A stretch of DNA of 64,000 nt. It comes from Chloroflexota bacterium. GTDB taxonomy: Bacteria > Chloroflexota > UBA11872 > VXOZ01. The first letter of the stretch is position 1. The number at the start of each line of letters is the position of its first letter. The stretch is from assembly GCA_965221905.1 (NCBI GenBank), contig OZ244922.1:2752001-2816000 (forward strand), given 5' to 3'. The notes under the pieces were generated by a model. That model was not told where the DNA came from. It saw only the letters and a list, made by a program, of their open reading frames with translations, and did not search any database. Shown one piece after another: positions 29,655 through 38,050 of this stretch. The position numbers and the translations under genes were made by a program.

Positions 29655-29868
29655 CTTATTGCCTAGAGTCGCAAACCGGCGTGCCAGATGCGAGTCTCTT
29701 GTGCCGTGAAGACGAAGGGCTGCAGGAACCAACGGCGCATACTTGAGCGGGGAGGGGTCTCCTTTAGCTGACGATCAGACTGTGATGCTTACGGACCCCT
29801 CAAACTAAACTTTCTTCCTTACGAACGAGCTACATGTATCCGAAACTATTGAGCAGCGCCCCCACCTC

Positions 29869-30540
29869 TTAGCCAAATTCCTTGAGCTTCTCCACGGCTT
29901 CAATCACGATCTCGAAGTTACCGCCGCCGAATTTCGCAAACCGGATATTGCCCTGCCGATCGATGCCGTAGAATGCCGGCCACGTACGGTTGCCAAAGGC
30001 ATTCCAAAGTACCAGATCGTTGTCCACTACCACCGGATAGTTGACGCCGAGGGCGTCGGCCCGCTCCTTAATCTGGCTGATGTCACCAGAAGAACCGGCG
30101 TGCGGAAAGTGCACGCTGATCAGCTTGAAGCGGTCGTCGTGGTAGGTATTGAAGAGGTCCACCAAACTGGGGACTTCGCCGCGGCACACCGGTCAGGTGT
30201 AAGTCCAGAAGACCACCAGGGCAGCGGCTTTGCCTTCCAGACTCGCCATGGTGATGGGTTCAGAGTTGAACCAACCTGTGAGGGTAATCTCGGGTGCCTT
30301 GCCGAGGTTAGGCAGGTCAAGTGTTGGCGCCTGTGTGGCCGCAGGTTGCGCCTCCGCTTGGCTCTCAGACTTTGGCTGCTCTTGCGCCGGGGCGGCAGTC
30401 GGCTCCGCCGCGGCCTCTTGCGTGGTGCTTGCCGGCTCTTGCTCCTCAGATTCCGGCAGTGCTGAGCCGCCGCCGCACGCTGCCAGCGCGGCTACGGACG
30501 CGCCGCTGAGCAATAGCGAGCATACAGAACGTCGTTGCAT
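29869..30540 (-). CDS. Second selenocysteine-containing TlpA/DipZ-type thioredoxin lipoprotein (UPVC motif; Sec codon 30195-30193)
   Basis: ORFs 30193..30540 and 29869..30189 join in frame: FWTYT-TGA-PVCRGEVPSLVD...YPVVVDND..LWNAFGNRTWPAFYGIDRQGNIR. SD GGAGG, RR and LAAC signal. Confidence 0.9.
30157..30174 (-). promoter_or_regulatory. Candidate bacterial SECIS hairpin
   Basis: GUCC-CC-[AGUUU]-GG-U-GGAC at the same 18-nt distance from UGA. Closing pair is G-C here and A-U in the paralog. Confidence 0.7.
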
Positions 30541-30787
30541 CGTTCGCCTCCAATTCCATTACCGTGCCAGCTAGCTGCTGTTTATCCAAAGCGCGCTTTG
30601 TTCCGCTGAACCGCTCTCTCCCGTACTGTTTCACATGGCATCGCGGCCTTCACGCTTCACTTATTTCTATCGTAACGAGTACGATCCAAGATTTCCAATT
30701 ACATAGTCTCTGAACACTTCAGCTACTGAGCACGCCTGTGCTAGGCTACTCGAAAAGGTAACTATACAAAGACAAGGAGCGAGTCTA

Positions 30788-32086
30788 ATGGACTCTCCGG
30801 ATCTTCCCCAGCCCGAACCAACGCTCGGCAATACCGCTTGGTGGACACATGACCGTTTCGGCATTTTCATTCACTGGGGAATCTACGCGCTGGCCGCCCG
30901 CCACGAATGGGTGAAGAAGTACGAGGAAATCAGCGACGCGGACTACCAACCGTACTTCGACCACTTCGACCCCGATCTCTACGACCCGGCGGCCTGGGCG
31001 CGGAGCGCGCGGGAGGCAGGGATGCGCTATGTCGTCCTCACCAGCAAGCACCATGACGGTTTCTGCTTGTGGGACAGCCGGCTTACCGATTACAAGGCCA
31101 CGAATACCCCCGCCCGGCGCGACCTCTTGCAGCCGTTCGTCGAGGCCTTCCGCGCTGAGGGACTCAAGGTCGGCTTCTACTATTCGCTGATTGACTGGCA
31201 CCATCCTGAGTTTCCCGTAGACGGCGTGCATCCCCAGGCAAACGACCTCGCGTTCCGGGAGGCTACCAAAGATCGCGACGTGCGCAAGTACGCCGCATAC
31301 CTCCACGGCCAGGTGCGTGAAATTCTCACCATGTTCGGCACCATCGATCTCCTCTGGCTCGACTTCTCCTACTCCCAGCAAGACTATGGCTGGAGCAAGG
31401 GCAAGGGCAAAGACGACTGGCAGAGTGAGGAACTCATCCGGATGGTGCGCGAGTTACAGCCCGATATCATCATCAACAATCGCTCTGAATTGGAGCAGGA
31501 CTTCCACACGCCCGAGCAATTCATCCCGCCCAGTTGGCTGCACGTAGACGGCAAGCCCGTCAATTGGGAAGCCTGCCAGACCCTCAATGGCTCCTGGGGC
31601 TACCACCGGGACAATCTGGACTGGAAGTCGCCCAAACTGCTCGTGCAGATGCTCATCGATTGCGTCTCCAAGGGCGGCAATATGCTGATGAACGTCGGCC
31701 CCACGGGACGCGGCGAGTTCGATCCACGCGCCCAGGCGACGTTGGCAGAAATCGGCGAATGGATGCGGCAGCACGGGCGCTCGATCTACGGGTGCACGCA
31801 AGCGCCGTTCACACCGCCGGCGGATTGCCGATACACGTATAACCCGGAGACGAATCGGCTCTATCTTCACGTCTTCGCCTGGCCGCTCAAGTATCTGCAC
31901 TTGCCGGGCCTCCGCAACCGCGTACGCTACGCGCAACTCCTGAACGACGGTTCCGAAGTCAAGACCTTCGACTTCACCCAGCATCACCGCTATCCCAGCG
32001 AGGGCCAGGAAACTCTCACATTAGAGCTGCCTATCCGCCAACCGGACGTCTATACGCCGGTAGTTGAACTTTTCCTGACTGATTGA
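30788..32086 (+). CDS. Alpha-L-fucosidase (GH29)
   Basis: RFGIFIHWG, TSKHHDGFCLW, YYSLIDWHHP, LWLDFS, VSKGGN.LMNVGP. Confidence 0.93.
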   Translation: MDSPDLPQPEPTLGNTAWWTHDRFGIFIHWGIYALAARHEWVKKYEEISDADYQPYFDHFDPDLYDPAAWARSAREAGMRYVVLTSKHHDGFCLWDSRLTDYKATNTPARRDLLQPFVEAFRAEGLKVGFYYSLIDWHHPEFPVDGVHPQANDLAFREATKDRDVRKYAAYLHGQVREILTMFGTIDLLWLDFSYSQQDYGWSKGKGKDDWQSEELIRMVRELQPDIIINNRSELEQDFHTPEQFIPPSWLHVDGKPVNWEACQTLNGSWGYHRDNLDWKSPKLLVQMLIDCVSKGGNMLMNVGPTGRGEFDPRAQATLAEIGEWMRQHGRSIYGCTQAPFTPPADCRYTYNPETNRLYLHVFAWPLKYLHLPGLRNRVRYAQLLNDGSEVKTFDFTQHHRYPSEGQETLTLELPIRQPDVYTPVVELFLTD

Positions 32087-32365
32087 TAAACTACACGTAC
32101 CGGTAAACTAGACACCTGGATTTACTCGAGACGGTCTTGCCAGCGCCAGTTCTAGCTTTACGACCGAGTACGATCGAGTAGTCGAGTGTAGGGGCGTAGT
32201 CGAACCGTGGGCGACAGGTACGACAGTCTCGAAGGGGCGTGACCGGGGACAGGAATGCACGTGCATCCCTGTCCCCGACACAGGCTTGGAAAGGAGGTAT
32301 GAAGAGACTCCAACGGAGTGAAGGTGAAGCGTTGTCTGATTCCTAACAACCGGAGGTGAAGTATC

Positions 32366-33778
32366 ATGACGAAACGCAATTCGGCACTCAGCGCGTTGAC
32401 GCGCCGCAACATGCTCTTGGGATTCGGTGCGCTCGGCGCGGCTAGTATGCTCGCCGCTTGCGGTACCGTAGCGCCCGCTCCGGCCGCGCAACCGGAACAG
32501 TCCGCCGAAGAAGAAGCGCCCGCCAAGACCGAAGAAGCCCCCGCGCCTGCGGAACGCGTAACGGTCTCTCACTATGTGGCCCTCAATGCTCGCCACGCCG
32601 AACTCTATCCCACCCTCATCGAAGAACCCTTCGAGAACGACTATCCGAACATCGATCTCGAGACCATTCTCAGAGAAGGCCCGTATTACACCAAGTTCAA
32701 TACCCTGGTTGCCGCCGGTGAGCCGCCGGACGTGCTCTGGCTTTCACAGACGGAGGTCTTTACCCAAGGCCACACCATCGACGTCGGACCGTTTATCAAG
32801 CGCGACAATTTCGATCTCAGCGTCTATCCGGAGCAGCTCTTCCGCGACGGCGTCATGTACGAGGAAAACACGCTCGGGCTGCCGAACCAATCGGGCGGCA
32901 ACTGGCCGGTGCTGCCGTACAACAAGGAAATCCTGGCCAACGCAGGTGTGTCCGATCCTCCGGTGGAATGGGGCGATCCGAGCTGGAACGCGGAATCGTT
33001 CCTGGAAGCCCTGGTTAAGACTACCCAGCGCGAGGGCGAAAACCCGGTCACGTTCGGCGTTGGCAACATCGGCCGCGGCGTAATCGCGGCTAACTGGGGA
33101 CCCTTCTGGGGCACCCGCTGGGTGGCGGAAGACTTCAAGACCGTGGTCTGCGACTCACCCGAGATGATCGACGCCATCCGCTACCTTACCGATTTGTCGT
33201 CGAAGCATCGCGTGATGCCTTTTCCGGGCGAACTCAATGACACATTCGGCACCGGCAGTACGCGCACGAATTTCCTCAATGGCAAGCTCGCGTTCTTGCA
33301 GACCTCCGGCGGCGGCACGTTTTCGATTGCCCAAGGTGTGCAAGAAGGTAAACCCTTTGCCTACGCGCCGCTGCCTACGTTCATGCATACCGCCTCTGCC
33401 CAGGCACTCGACTCCAACGGCTTGCTTGGCGCGAGCAAGGTGCAGGACGAGGGCTGGGAGCTCATCAAGTGGCACGCCACGCACCCAAACTGGGCCATCG
33501 GCCGCGGCAATGCACCGGCGCGTCTCGATCACTTTGAAGCCTGGGCGCGTGAACTCTACGGCGGCGACGTGGCAGAGAAGATTCGCGTGGAAGCCTACGC
33601 CAACTCGCTCGCAAACGCGGGTCGGTACGACGGCCTGCGCGTGCTGCCTAACTGGCGTAACCCCATCTTCGACAAGATCATCACGCCCGCGTTGGACGCA
33701 CTCTATCGCGGCCAAGGCGAGGTGGTCGAGACGATGTCGGCTCTGAAGCAGCAAATCCAGGCCGAGATTCCCGAGTAG
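32366..33778 (+). CDS. ABC transporter sugar-binding lipoprotein
   Basis: TRRNML...LAACG, AAGEPPDV, YNKEIL..AG, W.LIKW. SD GGAGG. Confidence 0.88.
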   Translation: MTKRNSALSALTRRNMLLGFGALGAASMLAACGTVAPAPAAQPEQSAEEEAPAKTEEAPAPAERVTVSHYVALNARHAELYPTLIEEPFENDYPNIDLETILREGPYYTKFNTLVAAGEPPDVLWLSQTEVFTQGHTIDVGPFIKRDNFDLSVYPEQLFRDGVMYEENTLGLPNQSGGNWPVLPYNKEILANAGVSDPPVEWGDPSWNAESFLEALVKTTQREGENPVTFGVGNIGRGVIAANWGPFWGTRWVAEDFKTVVCDSPEMIDAIRYLTDLSSKHRVMPFPGELNDTFGTGSTRTNFLNGKLAFLQTSGGGTFSIAQGVQEGKPFAYAPLPTFMHTASAQALDSNGLLGASKVQDEGWELIKWHATHPNWAIGRGNAPARLDHFEAWARELYGGDVAEKIRVEAYANSLANAGRYDGLRVLPNWRNPIFDKIITPALDALYRGQGEVVETMSALKQQIQAEIPE

Positions 33779-33936
33779 CCGGTCTGCCTGGAGTGCCGTC
33801 GTTGATGAAGTCTGCTGTGCCTGTACTTGCGCAGGACGGCGAGCATGACGCGAGGCCAGCCGGCGGTCGTCTTTGAGCAGGTGAATCAGAGGGGCACGGT
33901 GCACCGTGCCCCTTCGCTATAGAAAGGTGTTGGTGC

Positions 33937-35199
33937 ATGTCCGTTTCCGTCGATCAACTTGCCGTCGCCGGTGGGACGCCGGTACGAGATACCGCAGCGC
34001 GTCCGTGGACCACGTGGCCCATCGCGACTGAAGAAGACATCGCCGCCGTTGCCGACGTGCTCCGCAGCGGCAAGTGGAACCGCTGGCGCAGCGACCGCGT
34101 GGACGAACTGGAGGCGGCACTGCGGGAATTCACCGGCGCGGCCCATGTGGTGGCGCTGGCCAGCGGCACCGCCGGTCTGGAAGTCGCCCTCAAGGCCGCC
34201 GGTGTTCGCCCCGGCGATGAGGTTATTTTGCCCGCCTACACCTACGTCGCCACGGCCACGGCGGTACTGCAGGTTGGCGGCGTGCCGGTCTTCGCCGACA
34301 TCATTCCCGAAACGGAAAATATCGATCCCACCTCGATAGCGTCATTGATCACCGAGCGCACTCGCGCGCTGCTGCCCGTGCACATTTCGGGCCTCCCCTG
34401 CGACATGGCGGCCATCAACACGCTTGCGGCGCGGCATGGTCTCCGCGTCATTGAAGACACCGCCCAAGGCATCGGCGGCATGTGGAACGGGCAGCGTCTC
34501 GGCACGATTGGGGACGTGGGCGAATACTCCTTCCAAGCCAGCAAGAACCTGCCGGGCGGCGAAGGCGGCGCAATCGTCACCAATGACCCGGCAATTGCCG
34601 AAAGAGCATTTATGTTGATGCACATCAACAATGAGGCCCTGGGCTGGAATTATCGGCTTACCGCGATGCAGGCCGCGTTGATTCTCTCCCAGCTCCAGCG
34701 TTTCCCTGCGCAGCAAGCCCGCCGCCAGGCAAATGCCGCCTTCCTGCGCGATGCCTTGGCGGAAATTCCCGGCATTGTGCCCACTCGCGAGGATGACTTT
34801 GTCACCGGCCACGGCCTGCACGGGCTGGGAGTGCGCTTCATCAGCGCGGAGTTTAGTACCGGCGCTCCCGTGCCGCGGGAAGTTTTTTCCAAAGCCCTGC
34901 ACGCCGAAGGCATCCCATGCGCTCTGGGCTACAGCGATCCGGTGTACAAGCTCCCGCTCTTCCAAGAGGCGCACACACGCATGCGGGACCACTGCCCCGT
35001 GGCTTGCAACCATCCCGCCATGGAATCCATGGACTACGCCAAGCTGCACCTGCCGAATGTGGAGCGCCTCTGCAGCCAAGAGGCCCTGCGCTTCAACCAA
35101 CCCCTCTTGCTCGGCACTCGCGAGGACATGGAAGACATCGTTGCCGCCGTCGTCAAGGTTCACGCTAATCAAGAGGCGCTCGCCGTAATTGTAAACTGA
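33937..35199 (+). CDS. DegT/DnrJ/EryC1/StrS PLP-dependent aminotransferase
   Basis: SGTAGLE, GDEVILP.YT, EDTAQ, SFQASKNL..GEGG, NYRLT. Confidence 0.92.
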   Translation: MSVSVDQLAVAGGTPVRDTAARPWTTWPIATEEDIAAVADVLRSGKWNRWRSDRVDELEAALREFTGAAHVVALASGTAGLEVALKAAGVRPGDEVILPAYTYVATATAVLQVGGVPVFADIIPETENIDPTSIASLITERTRALLPVHISGLPCDMAAINTLAARHGLRVIEDTAQGIGGMWNGQRLGTIGDVGEYSFQASKNLPGGEGGAIVTNDPAIAERAFMLMHINNEALGWNYRLTAMQAALILSQLQRFPAQQARRQANAAFLRDALAEIPGIVPTREDDFVTGHGLHGLGVRFISAEFSTGAPVPREVFSKALHAEGIPCALGYSDPVYKLPLFQEAHTRMRDHCPVACNHPAMESMDYAKLHLPNVERLCSQEALRFNQPLLLGTREDMEDIVAAVVKVHANQEALAVIVN

Positions 35200-35359
35200 T
35201 TCGCATGGGCCTGCTCTAGGAGAATTAGAACGGGACAGCCAATTTCGACTTGACCTAGAGCTGGGTCTATAATTTTGCCACTCTCAAGACTGTTGCCTAA
35301 TTCATTGGCATATCTTGCCGTTTGGCTGCCACTAATGGATAAACGAAGCACCCAACACC

Positions 35360-35426
35360 GTCATTCCGGCGAAGGCCGGAATCCATCTTCACTCCACCAC
35401 TGGACTCCGGCTTTCGCCGGAGTGAC
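35360..35426. repeat. REP-like doublet (same family as 5430)
   Basis: gtcattccggcgaaggccggaatcca ... tggactccggctttcgccggagtgac. Confidence 0.85.
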
Positions 35427-35599
35427 AGAATTCAAGCCAACGGCAACCCTCGTACCCGATTCTTGGCTTGACACGGCTCCACCTGCGCAATTAGTACTCA
35501 CTGTTGACTATAAGGCCGTCCATGGTTACAGTTGTGCCTCAAAGTTCATTCCGTCATCTAGCGCCAAACGCTCTCACAAAGCCTAGAGAGAACAAATCC

Positions 35600-36868
35600 A
35601 TGCTCCTCGCCGGTGTCGGCCGCACCACCCTCACGCCGCCGCTCGGCACGCCGCTCGTCGGCTACGGCGGACGCGAGCGCGGCACTGACTCCATCCGCGA
35701 CGACATATACGCCACGTCGCTGGTGCTCTCGGACGGCGAAACGACGGTTGCCCTCGTCACCTGCGATCTCTGCGCGCTGCCAATCCGGCAGGTACGGTAC
35801 GTGCAACGGCTGATCGAGGAGCGCACCGGCATCCCGCCTACCCACGTGCTAATAAACACGTCCCATGCCCACTCAGGGCCGCTTACAACATTTAACGAGG
35901 AAACCCCTGAGAGCGTGCGGCAAGTAGTGGTTGCGCTGCTTGACGCGATTGCGGAGTCGGTCGTCCAAGCGGCGGCTGCGCTCGTGCCGTGCCGCATTAG
36001 CGCAGGGCGGGGGTTGGTAAGGGCGAGCATTAACCGGCGCAAGCGCAATGGCTACAGCGATGCGGTGACGCCGGAGTTCCCCGAGGGCACGGTGGACCCG
36101 GACCTGCACGTGGTGCGCATTGATGGCCTTTACGGTACGCCGCTGGCCGTTGTTACCGCCTATGCCTGCCACCCGGTGGCGCTCCGCCCGCCCAGCCACG
36201 CCATCTCAGCGGACTTTGTCTGCGCCCTGCGCGCGACCGTGGAGTCGCAAGTCGGCGCGCCCCTGCTCTTTGCCCAAGGCGCGGCCGGGAACCTGGTGCC
36301 AATCGGCCCTGAGATGGAAATGGAGGAACGGCTTGAGCTAACCGGGAAAGTGCTCGGTACGGAAGCGCTGCGGGTGTATACCGCGCTCGGCGCGGAAGCC
36401 AGCGGCGCTAACGAATCGCTCAGCGGCGCAACACTCGCGCCGCCCAAACCTGAGCTCGCCGCGGCGTCCGCGACGCTCTTGCTCGATCTCTGGACGGAGC
36501 AGCCGCCCATCGCAGACGCGGAGCGGTCGCACCAGACATTTCCCTACCTCACTCCGCCGCTGGTGAACGGCAAGGTGGAGTGCGCGGTGCAAGCCCTACG
36601 CCTGGGCGACGCGGCGCTCGTGGGCGTCGCCGGCGAAGCGTTCGTGGAAATCGGCCTCACCGTGAAGGCACGCTCGCCCATCCCCCACACCATCTTCCTG
36701 GGCTACACCAACGGCTGCCTGGGCTACATCCCCACCGCCGCCGCCTACGAACCCGGCGGCTACGAAGTCCACCGCGCCCACGCCGTCTACCGCCTCCCCC
36801 ACACCATCGCCCCCGATAGCGCGGAGAGAATCATCACGACAAGCCTAAAACTCTTGGGCGAGCTGTAG
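35600..36868 (+). CDS. Neutral ceramidase-like metallo-amidohydrolase
   Basis: Start reassigned to MLLAGVGR. SHAHSGP, NRR, YACHPV, SADF, QGAAGN, GYIPT..AY..GGYE. Confidence 0.8.
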   Translation: MLLAGVGRTTLTPPLGTPLVGYGGRERGTDSIRDDIYATSLVLSDGETTVALVTCDLCALPIRQVRYVQRLIEERTGIPPTHVLINTSHAHSGPLTTFNEETPESVRQVVVALLDAIAESVVQAAAALVPCRISAGRGLVRASINRRKRNGYSDAVTPEFPEGTVDPDLHVVRIDGLYGTPLAVVTAYACHPVALRPPSHAISADFVCALRATVESQVGAPLLFAQGAAGNLVPIGPEMEMEERLELTGKVLGTEALRVYTALGAEASGANESLSGATLAPPKPELAAASATLLLDLWTEQPPIADAERSHQTFPYLTPPLVNGKVECAVQALRLGDAALVGVAGEAFVEIGLTVKARSPIPHTIFLGYTNGCLGYIPTAAAYEPGGYEVHRAHAVYRLPHTIAPDSAERIITTSLKLLGEL

Positions 36869-36964
36869 TGGCAGCCAATTGCAGCCTTCGATTTCTAGTC
36901 ATAGAATAGAGTTGGTCAAGGCGAAACAACTCCCAAACTGCATTCAGTAGCTGGCTAAAGAGAA

Positions 36965-38050
36965 ATGCGGCTCGAGAACACGATTGACAAGACGAGTCTC
37001 CCTTATAATCTAGCTGCCGTAGATCTATTCTGTGGTGCCGGGGGGCTTTCCTACGGAATGAAGCACGCTGGCATCAGAATCAGCGCCGGAATCGACATTA
37101 ATCCTGCTTGCAGGCACCCATTTCAAGCAAATGTCAATGCTGAGTTCTTTGAGAAGGATGTAGCTGCGCTATCGCCTCACTTTGTGGAGTCACTATTTCC
37201 AGAGAAATCTATCAGGATACTTGCAGGCTGTGCTCCATGTCAGCCATTCTCGTCCTACTCCAACAGGAGTCCTCAACACAATGCCCAATGGCAATTGCTT
37301 CCTAAGTTTGGAGAGGTCGTCACCGCACTAGAGCCTGAGATCGTCACAATGGAAAATGTTCCACGTTTGCAGGGGTATGCCGTCTTCGATGACTTCCAAG
37401 ATGTTCTGCATAAATCAGGCTATGATTACTATTACACCGTAGTTCGCTGCGCCGAGTATGGCGTTCCGCAATCGAGAAGACGCTTGGTTCTGCTAGCCTC
37501 AAAGCTCGGCCCTATCCAGATGATCCCTCCGACTCATACCAAGAGGGACTTTGTGACCGTCAGAGATGCGATCCGAAACCTGTCTCACATAGAGGCAGGG
37601 GATGCCTCCCCATCGGATCCGCTGCACAAGACGAGCGGCCTTTCCACAGAAAATTTGGCCCGAATTCAGCACTCTAAGCCTGGCGGAACTTGGCGCGATT
37701 GGAGTGAAGAACTCCGCGCCGAGTGCCACGTGAGGAAGTCTGGTATGACTTATCCGAGTGTCTATGGCCGTATGGAATGGGACAAACTCGCCCCTACCAT
37801 CACCACCCAGTTCCACGGGTACGGCAATGGTCGGTTCGGCCACCCAACACAGGATCGTGCCATCTCATTGCGGGAAGGCGCCTTGCTGCAGACATTTCCT
37901 AAGGAGTACTCATTCGTTCCATCTGAAGGATCTGTTCAGATTTCTTCAATAGCCCGGTTGATTGGCAATGCAGTTCCCGTGAAACTTGGTGAAGCGATTG
38001 GCAGGTCCATAGTCGCGCACTTGGAGGGAGCCAATGGCTCAGGAAGCTGA
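36965..38050 (+). CDS. DNA (cytosine-5)-methyltransferase
   Basis: Motifs I DLFCGAGG, IV APCQPF, VI ENV, VIII QSRRR, IX SLREGALLQTFP, X GNAVP. Confidence 0.96.
   Translation: MRLENTIDKTSLPYNLAAVDLFCGAGGLSYGMKHAGIRISAGIDINPACRHPFQANVNAEFFEKDVAALSPHFVESLFPEKSIRILAGCAPCQPFSSYSNRSPQHNAQWQLLPKFGEVVTALEPEIVTMENVPRLQGYAVFDDFQDVLHKSGYDYYYTVVRCAEYGVPQSRRRLVLLASKLGPIQMIPPTHTKRDFVTVRDAIRNLSHIEAGDASPSDPLHKTSGLSTENLARIQHSKPGGTWRDWSEELRAECHVRKSGMTYPSVYGRMEWDKLAPTITTQFHGYGNGRFGHPTQDRAISLREGALLQTFPKEYSFVPSEGSVQISSIARLIGNAVPVKLGEAIGRSIVAHLEGANGSGS

Noticed and set aside
28903-30540. Two pseudogenes or four small hypothetical proteins
   Set aside because: The same TGA position in both paralogs, at the redox Cys site, with conserved downstream frames and hairpins and selB nearby, fits selenocysteine recoding much better than decay.
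32299-32346. 15-codon leader peptide MKRLQRSEGEALSDS before the SBP gene, and a Moco-riboswitch-like TGGAAAGGAG
   Set aside because: The SD abuts the ATG with no spacer, and the other Moco-motif elements are not visible. Only a simple hairpin (about 32245-32277) is supported.
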